From positions 24,193-88,192 of the forward strand of contig CAWAAX010000003.1 in NCBI GenBank assembly GCA_963780225.1: 64,000 nucleotides of DNA, written 5' to 3'. Made by a program: the position numbers and the translations under genes. This DNA is from an uncultured bacterium. Its GTDB lineage: Bacteria; Edwardsbacteria; AC1; EtOH8. Shown here piece after piece: positions 36,394-45,333 of the stretch (its first letter is position 1; each line of letters opens with the position of its first letter). The notes under the pieces are model-generated. The model had not been told where the DNA came from and did not search any database. It saw only the letters and a program-made list of their open reading frames with translations.

Positions 36394-36460
36394 AATCCGC
36401 TTATGCGGAGGTGGATGGCCTAGTGCTATCGGAATTGGGACTCGCAAGAGTCCCTTTTCT
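36394..36460 (+). ncRNA. Candidate small RNA of about 65 nt (unknown family)
   Basis: The predicted TSS lies about 7 nt after the -10 box. It contains the CCGC-TTAT-GCGG hairpin, then the GGGACTC-GCAA-GAGTCCC hairpin (36437-36454) followed by TTTTCT. It is convergent with the DUF3800 gene and ends 3 nt before that gene's stop. Confidence 0.4.
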
Positions 36461-36462
36461 AT

Positions 36463-37230
36463 TTATATAAATTTCTTTCCATAAATCACGCCAGTTCTCC
36501 TATAATACTTTAACTGCAATATTTCCACAGTCTTTTGAGCAAAAGCAGAAAGATTATTTGGAATATCTTGTTCGGCAAGTATTTCATTCCGGCTTTCATG
36601 AGCCAATAAATCAGCGATCTGCAAACCGCTGATATTATTGAGTTTTGGTTTTACCTTAAGTTCCCTGCTTGTTAAAAACGTCTTAAATCTATCCGGATCA
36701 ACATAGGAAGTTCCATTTTCTAAAAGCCTTCTATAAGACGCTTTTAACCGCATATCAGCTTTTCCGCCCCTTGATTCAGCCATTACATCGCCGTTGCTTC
36801 CGCTTTGTTCCAAAAAGAATACAAACCTTTCCAGCAAAACAGCCAGACAATAATGGTATGTATCATATCTCCAGGTGCTATAAGTTTCTTTGTGCCTCTT
36901 TTTGTCGATACAAACGGTAATTACTGTATATTGCCAGCTATTTAATAAATTGAGCAGTTCTTCGTCAAAGGCTTGCCTTTTCTCCGGGTCTTTCAAACAT
37001 TCAAAAGGGGAAAGTCTCCTTACCATTTCTTTACGATGGAATATAATAGGGTCATCAGAGTGATAACTAAAGTATTTCCGTTTTAGACTTTCCATCTGCG
37101 GGTGAATGATAGAATCGGAGTATCTAAGCTCGGTAATTATACCGGTTAAACTAAGATATCTATGATTGGGATTGTCCGAACTGTCCAAATCGGGATTACC
37201 CACTTCATCGATATAAATGCGGTATTTCAT
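36463..37230 (-). CDS. DUF3800-domain protein
   Basis: The N-terminus YRIYIDEVGN is typical of DUF3800; 255 aa, in a strongly AT-rich island. Confidence 0.75.
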   Translation of the reverse strand: MKYRIYIDEVGNPDLDSSDNPNHRYLSLTGIITELRYSDSIIHPQMESLKRKYFSYHSDDPIIFHRKEMVRRLSPFECLKDPEKRQAFDEELLNLLNSWQYTVITVCIDKKRHKETYSTWRYDTYHYCLAVLLERFVFFLEQSGSNGDVMAESRGGKADMRLKASYRRLLENGTSYVDPDRFKTFLTSRELKVKPKLNNISGLQIADLLAHESRNEILAEQDIPNNLSAFAQKTVEILQLKYYRRTGVIYGKKFI

Positions 37231-37310
37231 TGCTTTTATATTACCATTAAACCCCGATAAAAATCAACCATAAAGGCGGCAGCATAACTATTGCGCCGTC
37301 TTTTATCTTT

Positions 37311-38060
37311 TTAAATCTTTTTGCCTCTACCCGCGGGCGTTTTCCCCACCATCAACTGCACCAACTCATCTCCCAGCTTTTCCGGCCGATCCTCTATGAT
37401 CTTGAAACCCGCCTGTTTCAAGGCTTTCCGCCACTGGGCCAAAGTGAACAGCCCGGCGGTGTGGGTGTCGTGCTCGATCCTCAAATTCCTGCCCCGGCGG
37501 ATCAGGTAGACGAAGGCCATTTCGTAATTGCTGTCCCCGGGGTTGGGATCGTAGTCGTTCTCTATGTAGGTGATGTCGTATCCCCCGGACCTTGAGCGCC
37601 AGACCGAGGTCTTGCTCTGCTCAAAGCGCTCCTTGCAGTCCTCCACATAAAGCGCCATCACTCCGCCGGGCTTAAGGTGGCGGCGGGCGTTCTTAAGGGC
37701 CTTAAGCAGGTCCTTTTCGGTCTGCATGTAGATGATGCCGTCGTTGAAGAAGACCGCGTCGAATTTTTTCTTCAGGTCAAATGACCGCATGTCGCCAACG
37801 TGATAATCGGCCTTGGGGTTAAGCTTTTTGGCCTGGGCGATCATCTGCGGGCTGAGGTCCACACCGGTCACGGCAAAGCGCTTTTTCAGCCAGTAGTCGT
37901 TCTTGCCGCCGCCGCAGGCGATGTCCAAAATGGTCCCGGCCTTTGGGCAGTGCTTTTTTATTAGGCTGATGAACCGGGCGCTTTCGGGCTCATAGTCCTC
38001 CACCTTTTCCCACAGCGGCCACAGCCAGCTCAGGTCTTGGTACAGACGATTTTTAGGCAT
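37311..38060 (-). CDS. Class I SAM-dependent methyltransferase
   Basis: Motif I ILDIACGGGKN, with post-I and II blocks VTGVDLSPQM and FDAVFFN. Confidence 0.75.
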   Translation of the reverse strand: MPKNRLYQDLSWLWPLWEKVEDYEPESARFISLIKKHCPKAGTILDIACGGGKNDYWLKKRFAVTGVDLSPQMIAQAKKLNPKADYHVGDMRSFDLKKKFDAVFFNDGIIYMQTEKDLLKALKNARRHLKPGGVMALYVEDCKERFEQSKTSVWRSRSGGYDITYIENDYDPNPGDSNYEMAFVYLIRRGRNLRIEHDTHTAGLFTLAQWRKALKQAGFKIIEDRPEKLGDELVQLMVGKTPAGRGKKI

Positions 38061-38143
38061 AAAAAGTTTGAAATGTTCAATATGTTTGAAATTGTTTGAA
38101 ACGGTTCAAACTGATCAAACCAGTTCAAACCGTTTCCAACTGT

Positions 38144-39157
38144 TTATATCCAGCCTTGTTCCTTGTACCACTTGGCGGTCTCGGCGATCCCCCGGGCCAG
38201 ATCGTACCGGCACTGGAAGCCGAAATCCTCCTTTGCGGCTTGGGAGGAAACGGTCCAGTATCTTTGCGACATCTCCCGCACCTTCTGCCGTGGTTACCAT
38301 GGCCGGTTTGTCCAAAGATAAGCCCCAGCCTCGTTGAACAGGGCCGAGAGGTGGGCCAGTTGCAGCGGGAGGTGGAGTTTGAGGATCTTTTTTTCAGACA
38401 TCCGGCAATGGTCTCCGATATCTCGTCCCAGGAATATGATCCATCTTCAGCCAGGAAAGTATGTTTTTCCCAGGGAACTTTTCGAAGCGGCGGCCAGCAT
38501 CATTCCATCAACCAGGTCCTTTACGTAAATTAGATGGGCGTGGCGGGTCCCAAAACCCGGCAGCAGTGCCAGGCCCCGGTTGACCCACTTGAAATACGCC
38601 AGCACTTCGGTATCCCGGGGGCCGTAGACCGATGGGGGGCGCACAATGGTAACCGGCAGTCTGCCCGAAATCTCCATCAGCTCCCGCTCGGCCTGCAGTT
38701 TGCTCCGGCCATAGTCGGACAAAGGCCGGCATTCATCCCGCTCGCAGACCGGTTTCTCCAAACATTCCGCCGGTCCGGCCGCCGCCTGGCTGGAGGCAAA
38801 GAGAAAGCGCTTTAAACCCGGAGCGGCTGTCATGGCGGCCCTGGCCAGGTTCATCGTGGCCCGGGTGTTATGAAGATAAAAATCCTTCGGGTCCTTTGCT
38901 TTGACCGCTCCTGCCAAATGAAAGATGTAATCCACTCCGGAGACGGCCTGCTCCAAAAAACTGTTGTCTTGCAGGCTGCCGGACACAAACTCAATATCCA
39001 GGCCCTTGATCCATCTCAGGTCGCTGGTGGGACGGACCAAAGCCCTCACCCGAAAGCCCTGTTTCAGCAGGGATTCGGCCAGGTGGCTGCCGATGAACCC
39101 GGTGGCGCCGGTAATCAAAGCCAGCGGTCTTATGGCGGGAATTGAATTGTCTGGCAT
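38144..39157 (-). pseudogene. NAD-dependent epimerase/dehydratase, multiply frameshifted in the C-terminal third
   Basis: The N-terminal Rossmann motif is ITGATGFIGSHL, and the ORF ends at 38447. The rest of the protein continues in the other two frames: SWDEISETIAGCLKK, then ILKLHLPLQLAHLSALFNEAG, then REMSQRYWTVSSQAAKEDFGFQCRYDLARGIAETAKWYKEQGWI. Confidence 0.75.
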
Positions 39158-39345
39158 AGATACAAGTTTAAGGTAAAAGGTCCCGGTCTGTCAATATAAA
39201 TTGTATGTCCCGTTCCGTTACGATTTATGGTCCCAAAAACAGCTAAATAATGCTTGACATTTATGCGTTTTGTGTTAAATTATAAGGTTTGAAGGCTCAG
39301 GATAAGCGGCCGTAAAAACAATCCACAAATGCTGAATAGACCATC

Positions 39346-39777
39346 ATGATCATCGCCATCGGCACAGACATCGCCAAGGTGGAGCGCATAGCACAGGCCT
39401 ACGAAACCTACGGCCGGCGCTTTCTGCAGAAAGTATTCACCGAGGAGGAGGCCCGGTTCTGCCTTACCCGCAAGCACCCTGCCCCGGCCCTGGCCGCCCG
39501 GTTCGCCGCCAAGGAGGCCGTCTCCAAGTGTCTGGGGACCGGATTCCGGCGCGGGGTCTATCCCAACCTGATCGAGATTGTGGACAACGAGAAGAGCCGG
39601 CCCACGGTCAAACTGCACGGGAAGGCTCAGGAGTTCGGGAAGGATTACATCTTTCATCTGTCGCTGTCGCACGAGAGGGAGTATGTGATAGCGGTGGCGG
39701 TGATGGAGAAACCAGAAGTTCCAGATTTCCCGCGAAATACACTAAATGACGCAAAAAAATGCAATATTCGTTTCTGA
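39346..39777 (+). CDS. acpS: Holo-ACP synthase with a roughly 22-aa C-terminal extension
   Basis: MIIAIGTDIAKVERI..., AARFAAKEA and SLSHEREYVIAVAVME. The ORF then reads on into AT-rich DNA (PEVPDFPRNTLNDAKKCNIRF). Confidence 0.85.
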   Translation: MIIAIGTDIAKVERIAQAYETYGRRFLQKVFTEEEARFCLTRKHPAPALAARFAAKEAVSKCLGTGFRRGVYPNLIEIVDNEKSRPTVKLHGKAQEFGKDYIFHLSLSHEREYVIAVAVMEKPEVPDFPRNTLNDAKKCNIRF

Positions 39778-39878
39778 AAGATGTGTAAGCATTATGTCTT
39801 AATTATTGTGCATCGTATGTTAAATATGATAAGTAATTGGTTAAACGGATGAATAATTAAAGTAATTATAAGCTGGCA

Positions 39879-40733
39879 TTGCAGGTACATATGCGACTGT
39901 CCGAAAGAACTATACAAGCGCTGGGGAAGTTGGTGACGGGTGATGAGAAGCTCACCCCCTACCGATCTGGGCCTAAACTCGTAACATTTTTCAATGAGCT
40001 TGGGTGTAACGACCACTACCCTGAAGGTGGGGGGTTCCCCTCGCGCTGGAAGTTCGCCGAAGACAAGCTTCGAGAACTGAACGGTAAAGATGCGATCCGT
40101 GCAGTCATATCACAGACACTCGACCCGCGTGCCTTCTTGGACTTCGAAGGTCAACAATCCTTGGCTGTTGAATATATCAACAAGTATCTCCGATTTGATG
40201 ATTATGAAGTGGTCATCGAAGCCGATTTGATAAAGATTCGTAATTTGAAGGGTGCGACAGTTGAACTGGTTCAACCTTACAAGGAATCAGCTGAACTCAC
40301 ACATCTTTTCATAGATGAACAGATTCAGAAATGTGAACGAAAGATCGGGGAGAGTGACTTTGACGGCGCCATCACCAATGCGCGATCCCTTCTTGAAGCC
40401 GTACTCGTGTCGCTTGAGCGTGAGTTATCTCCGTCACCCGAGGAATACGATGGTGACCTCGTAAAGCTTTACCGTCGTGTACAGAAGCTCCTCAATCTGG
40501 AACCATCACGCAAAGATGTATCTGACTCGCTTAAGCAGGTGCTTACTGGACTCACAAGTATCGTTAATGGCTTAGCGTCTCTTCGGAATAAGATGGGCGA
40601 TGCTCATGTTTCGACTTCCCGAGCAGCACGTCATCATGCAAAACTAGCCGTAAACGCTTCAAAGACGTTGGCCGACTTCCTGTTTGAGACAAAGACATAC
40701 CAAGCGAACAGGGGCGCGAAGAATACCAACTAA
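39879..40733 (+). CDS. Abi_C-domain (abortive infection C-terminus) protein
   Basis: The C-terminal LASLRNKMGDAHVSTSRAARHHAKLAVNASKTLADFLFE matches the Abi_C RN..GDAH pattern; GC is lower than the flanks; the alternative ATG at 39891 is possible. Confidence 0.65.
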   Translation: MQVHMRLSERTIQALGKLVTGDEKLTPYRSGPKLVTFFNELGCNDHYPEGGGFPSRWKFAEDKLRELNGKDAIRAVISQTLDPRAFLDFEGQQSLAVEYINKYLRFDDYEVVIEADLIKIRNLKGATVELVQPYKESAELTHLFIDEQIQKCERKIGESDFDGAITNARSLLEAVLVSLERELSPSPEEYDGDLVKLYRRVQKLLNLEPSRKDVSDSLKQVLTGLTSIVNGLASLRNKMGDAHVSTSRAARHHAKLAVNASKTLADFLFETKTYQANRGAKNTN

Positions 40734-40841
40734 CAATGATACGCAGCCGTTGCTTAATAAGCCGTGCTCAGAAGATACTGACCATTAGCATGTAAACCTG
40801 TCTATTATAATCCCAGTGGGCAGTAAAAAGGAGGAACTGAA

Positions 40842-42417
40842 ATGCTAGTCGTCACCCCCCAGCAGATGCAGGAGATAGACGCCCGGGCCATCAAGAAGTA
40901 CAAGGTGCCGGGCCTGACCCTGATGGAGAACGCCGCCCGGGCCCTGGCCGAAAAGGCGCTGGAGATGCCTGCCCTAAATTCTCCGGCCACGGTCTGCATA
41001 GTCTGCGGGCCGGGCAACAACGGCGGCGACGGCCTGGCCGCGGCCCGGCTGCTGAAGGAACAGGGCTGCGAGGTGCAGGTCTTCCTGCTTGGTTCAATTT
41101 CCGATCTTAAAGGCGACGCCAGAACAAACGCCAAAAAGCTTAAGGCCGCCAAAATAAAAATAAATGAGATCAAGAGCGGGGCGGGCCTGACGGCGTTGAA
41201 GGCCGGCTTCAAAAGATCAGGCATGGTCATAGACGCCATCTTCGGCACCGGGTTCAAGGGAACTGCCGGCCACCGCCTAAGCGGGGCAAGCAAGCTGGCG
41301 GGTCAGGTGATAGAAGCCATCAACTCCTCCGGGCGTCCGGTGCTGTCGGCCGACATTCCCTCCGGGGTCAACGGCGAGACCGGCCAGGTGGCGGGCCCGG
41401 CGGTCAAGGCCGATGCCACGGTAACCATGGGATTGCTGAAAACCGGATTATTGTTCTATCCCGGAAGATCCCTGGCCGGGGAAATATCCGTGGCCGACAT
41501 AGGCTTTCCTCCAAAAGCCATAGCCGAGCAAAAGACCGGAACAAATACCATCGACCAGGAATACGTCCGGCAGTTACTGCCCAGCCGGCCGCCCGACGCC
41601 TACAAGGGAAGCTGCGGAACCGTCTTAGTACTGGCCGGCTCGGCGGGGATGACCGGGGCGGCCCGGCTGGCCTCGCTTTCGGCTTTGCGCTCCGGGGCCG
41701 GGCTGGTGTACCTGGGGATCCCGGAGAGCCTGAGCGATGTGATGGAGTCCAAGCTGACCGAGGCCATCATCAAGCCCCTGCCGGAGACCCGCACCAGGAC
41801 CCTTTCTTTGCAGTCGTTGGACAGGATCAGGGCCCTGATGACCAAGTCCGATGCGGTCCTGATCGGCCCGGGGCTTTCCACCCATCCGGAAACATTGGAG
41901 CTGGTTCAGGCGGCGGTCAAAAGCCTGAAGGCCCCGGCCGTGCTGGATGCCGACGCCTTGACCGCCCTGTCCGGCAATGTCCAGTTGCTTAAGACCCAGG
42001 TCCCGCTGGTATTGACCCCCCATTACGGGGAAATGGCCCGGCTGACCGGAAAGACCATCGCCGAAATAAAAGCCGACCCCATGCGGGCGGCCGGGGAATT
42101 CGCAACGTGAATACAATAAAACGATGGTGCTGAAGGGCGCCCCCACCGTCATCGCCGGGCCATCGGGAAACATCTGGATCAACACCACCGGAAACAGCGG
42201 CATGGCCACGGCCGGCTCGGGCGACGTGCTGGCCGGGCTGATAGCCGGGTTGCTGGCCCAGGGCCTTCTTCCGGAAAATGCGGCGGCGCTGGGGGTCTGG
42301 CTGCACGGTCTGGCCGGGGACCTGGCCAGGGAAAACAAGACCGAGTACTGCCTGCTGGCGGGGGATATCTTAGATAATCTCCCTGCGGCTTACAAAAAAC
42401 TGATGGAGGTTTTATGA
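40842..42417 (+). pseudogene. nnr: Bifunctional NAD(P)H-hydrate repair enzyme Nnr, single frameshift near 42100
   Basis: YjeF_N block GPGNNGGDG and carbohydrate-kinase block GSGDVLAG. The reading frame breaks at the TGA at 42108 and resumes as (REYNKT)MVLKGAPTVIAG in the next frame. Confidence 0.8.
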
Positions 42418-42776
42418 TGGTTTGGCTGGGATACGGATTGCTGGGGGCTTTGGCCGGAGTGGTCAGCGGATTGTTCGGCATCGGCGGGGCGGTGGTGATC
42501 GTGCCGGTCCTGGTGCTGCTGTTCAAGTTCTCCCAGCATCAGGCACAGGGCACCTCGCTGGCCACACTGCTTCTGCCCATCGGGCTGCTGGCGGCCTGGC
42601 GCTATTATTCGGCCGGACACGTCAACGTCAGGGCGGCCGGGGTGATGGCGGTATGCTTCTTCTTCGGCGGCCTGCTGGGGGCGGTGCTGGCCGAGAAGAT
42701 CTCCGGGGTCTGGCTGCAGCGCTCGTTCGGGGTCTTCCTGCTGGCCATTGCGGTCAAGATGATACTGGCGAAATAA
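42414..42776 (+). CDS. TauE/SafE-family half-size membrane protein
   Basis: GLFGIGGAVVIVPVL...AQGTSLATLL pattern; 120 aa, about 4 TM helices; ATGA overlap with the nnr stop. Confidence 0.7.
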   Translation: MMVWLGYGLLGALAGVVSGLFGIGGAVVIVPVLVLLFKFSQHQAQGTSLATLLLPIGLLAAWRYYSAGHVNVRAAGVMAVCFFFGGLLGAVLAEKISGVWLQRSFGVFLLAIAVKMILAK

Positions 42777-42836
42777 ACATGATAGATGGCCGCACCACCA
42801 TTGCTGACGGGGAAAAGATGAAGGAAAGTTTGTAAT

Positions 42837-43190
42837 ATGCCTATTTACGAATACATCTGCCAGGACTGCAAAAAGCGGGTCAGCCTGCTGATCCTTAATC
42901 CCTCCACCTATGGAATCCCCAAGTGTCCCAACTGCAGCAGCCAAAGACTGGAGCGGCTGATGTCCCGGTTCCGGACCCTCCGGTCCGAGGAGTCAAGGAT
43001 GGAACGGCTGGCCGACCCTTCCTCTTTTTCCGGGGTGGACGAGAACGACCCGGCTTCCGTCGCCAAATGGGCCAAGAAGATGGGCAAGGAGCTGGGGGAT
43101 GAGGCGGGCGAAGGGTTTGACGAGATGGTAGACCAGACCATAGAGCAGGATATCCATAAAAGCGACAGCACGGAAGAATCGTTTGAGTAG
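42837..43190 (+). CDS. FmdB-family zinc-ribbon protein
   Basis: MPIYEYICQDCKK...CPNCSS (CxxC...CxxC) with an acidic C-terminal tail. Confidence 0.8.
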   Translation: MPIYEYICQDCKKRVSLLILNPSTYGIPKCPNCSSQRLERLMSRFRTLRSEESRMERLADPSSFSGVDENDPASVAKWAKKMGKELGDEAGEGFDEMVDQTIEQDIHKSDSTEESFE

Positions 43191-43205
43191 CCGAACAGGG
43201 AGGCT

Positions 43206-43384
43206 GGCAACGATGGAAACGTTGGAGTGGTCCGGTAAGGGACCGGGCAACGTTGGAAATGCAGGAGGGGTCTGGCAAGGGGCTGAGCGATGATGGAAAC
43301 GCTGGAGGGGTCCGGCAAAGGGGCCGGGCAACGGGGGAAACGTTGGAGGAGCCAAACAAGGAAGACCGGCAATGATGGAAGACC
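43206..43384. repeat. Tandem array of about 4.4 degenerate units of about 41 nt
   Basis: Units start at 43206, 43246, 43287, 43327 and 43369 (partial). The shared core is GGCAACGATGGAAACGTTGGAGGGGTCCGGCAAGGG. Unit lengths are 40, 41, 40 and 42 nt, so there is no reading-frame periodicity. Confidence 0.8.
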
Positions 43385-43427
43385 TCTCCCTCTTATTCCT
43401 CCCCTCGAGGGGAGGGAAGGGTGGGGT
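43382..43427. repeat. REP-like GC-rich palindrome, sister of 27871-27917
   Basis: Shares ACCTCTCCC...CCTCCCCTCGAGGGGAGGG.AGGGTGGGG with the copy at 27871. Confidence 0.65.
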
Positions 43428-43606
43428 CGGTGGTGGACGACCGGGACGACAATAATAATCGGGTCAGCAACGGTGTATACGTCTACCGCCTACAAAGCGA
43501 TAGCCAATGCCTGACCCACAAGATGATTCTTCTAAAATGATATTTTATTCAATGGTTAAAAACTCTGTGTCTCTGTGTCTCTGTGGCAACAATTGAAAGC
43601 TGACAA

Positions 43607-44587
43607 ATGAAACCATTCATAGCCATAACCATCGGCGACCCGGCCGGGATCGGCCCGGAGATCGCCATTAAGGCTGCGACAGACCAGGAAGTCTTGCAGC
43701 GTTGCCGTCCAGTGCTGGTAGGGCCGCAGGAGATATGGGAACAGGCGGCCCGGGCAATGGAAATCAAAATCACAGGGCTGGAGATGCATGATATCTATTA
43801 TGAAAAATTCTCCCTGATCCCTGGCAAGACCTCGGCCCAAAGCGGAGGCATTGCGGCTCACGCAATCATAGCCGGGGCTCTCTTGGCGCTGGATAATCAG
43901 GTATCAGCCATGACCACTGCGCCCATCTCCAAGCTGGCACTGCGTCAAGCCGGCTACGAACAGCCGGGCCACACCGAACTATTGGCGGAGATCTGCGGGG
44001 TAAAGGATTTCGGAATGATGTTCGCCTCCGAGAACATCAAGGTCACTTTGGCCACCATCCATCAGCCTTATTCAGGGGTCCCAAAAACCCTGACCACGGC
44101 GGTGATCAAGGAAAAGATTGAACTGACCCAAAAGGCCTTGATGAACTGGTGGGGCATCAAGGACCCCAGGATCGGAGTATTGGGGCTTAACCCCCATGCC
44201 GGGGAGGACGGGCTGTTCGGTTCCGAGGAAAAAGAAGTGATCCTTCCTGCGGTAAAATCATTCCAGAGATTGGGCGGTGCAGTAACGGGGCCATTGTCTT
44301 CGGAATCGGGCTTCAGTCTAATCCGCCAGGGAAAATTAGACGCCTTGATAGCCATGTACCACGATCAGGGCCTGCTGCCGCTGAAGGTTTTGGGCGGGAC
44401 CATCAACATCACTCTGGGCCTTCCCATCATCCGCACCTCGCCCGATCACGGCACGGCTTTGGATATTGCCTGGCAAAACAAGGCCGACCACCTTCCCATG
44501 AAGAAGGCCATTCTGCTGGCATCCATTCTGGGAGGCAAAAAATACTTCCGGTCAATTTTTCACCAGCCAAAACAGAACAGGATATGA
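43607..44587 (+). CDS. pdxA: 4-hydroxythreonine-4-phosphate dehydrogenase
   Basis: ITIGDPAGIGPEI, GHTELLA, NPHAGE and DHGTA blocks. Confidence 0.9.
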   Translation: MKPFIAITIGDPAGIGPEIAIKAATDQEVLQRCRPVLVGPQEIWEQAARAMEIKITGLEMHDIYYEKFSLIPGKTSAQSGGIAAHAIIAGALLALDNQVSAMTTAPISKLALRQAGYEQPGHTELLAEICGVKDFGMMFASENIKVTLATIHQPYSGVPKTLTTAVIKEKIELTQKALMNWWGIKDPRIGVLGLNPHAGEDGLFGSEEKEVILPAVKSFQRLGGAVTGPLSSESGFSLIRQGKLDALIAMYHDQGLLPLKVLGGTINITLGLPIIRTSPDHGTALDIAWQNKADHLPMKKAILLASILGGKKYFRSIFHQPKQNRI

Positions 44588-44591
44588 GAAA

Positions 44592-45296
44592 ATGATAGAA
44601 CTCGTGCACGTCACCAAGACCTTTCAGAACAGCTGGACCGCCCTCAAGGACATCAGTTTTGAACTGGAGAAGGGCGAGTTCGTTTTTCTGATCGGGCCTT
44701 CGGGCTCTGGCAAAAGCACCATCCTTAAGACCATCATGATGGAGATCCTGCCGGACGAGGGGCTGGTGAAGGTGGCGGGCTTCGGCTCGGACTGCATCAA
44801 GGCCAGGGATATCCCCAAACTGCGGCGCAAGCTGGGGGTCATCTTTCAGGACTTCAAACTGTTGCCCGAAAAAACTGTTTACGAAAATGTGGCCTTTGCT
44901 TTGGAAGTAACCGGGACCGCTGTTAAGGCCATCCACAAAAAATCCATGGCGGCCTTGAACGAAGTGGGTATGTCCCACAAAAGGCATTCCTTTCCCTACC
45001 AGCTCTCCGGCGGGGAACAGCAGAAGTCGGCCATCGCCCGGGCCCTGGTCAACGATCCCTTCATCCTTTTAGCCGACGAGCCCACCGGCAACGTGGACCC
45101 GGCCGGGACTTTGGAGATCATTCAGATACTGAAGAACATCAACGCCAAGGGCACGGCGGTGCTGATGGCCACCCACGAGCACGAGCTGGTGAAGAAGATG
45201 CCCCACCGGGTGATAGAGCTGGAGGCCGGGGCCATCATCCGGGACATGCCGGGCAAGAGTCATTACCGCCGGGGCAGCCATATTGAAAACGAGTAG
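44592..45296 (+). CDS. ftsE: Cell-division ABC ATPase FtsE
   Basis: Walker [30 protein letters not shown], FtsE-like N-terminus; no ftsX follows. Confidence 0.85.
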   Translation: MIELVHVTKTFQNSWTALKDISFELEKGEFVFLIGPSGSGKSTILKTIMMEILPDEGLVKVAGFGSDCIKARDIPKLRRKLGVIFQDFKLLPEKTVYENVAFALEVTGTAVKAIHKKSMAALNEVGMSHKRHSFPYQLSGGEQQKSAIARALVNDPFILLADEPTGNVDPAGTLEIIQILKNINAKGTAVLMATHEHELVKKMPHRVIELEAGAIIRDMPGKSHYRRGSHIENE

Positions 45297-45333
45297 CCTG
45301 TATTTATACAGAAAATAGTTTTCGTATCTATTA

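Noticed and set aside
38068-38140. Cluster of GTTTGAAA / GTTCAAAC words with a GAAACGGTT...AACCGTTTC inverted repeat
   Set aside because: It lies in the short gap between two minus-strand genes. It is most simply the terminator of the epimerase pseudogene and the promoter region of the methyltransferase. There is no further evidence for a distinct element.
42895-43372. Three overlapping ~120-154-aa minus-strand ORFs and the plus-strand ORF at 43290-43514
   Set aside because: They run through the tandem repeat and the REP palindrome and are antisense to the FmdB gene. Their repetitive Pro/Ser-rich translations are a by-product of the DNA repeat.
43206-43384. Possible CRISPR array
   Set aside because: The ~41-nt units are contiguous with no spacers and are degenerate. 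There are no cas genes in the window. I classified it as a tandem repeat instead.
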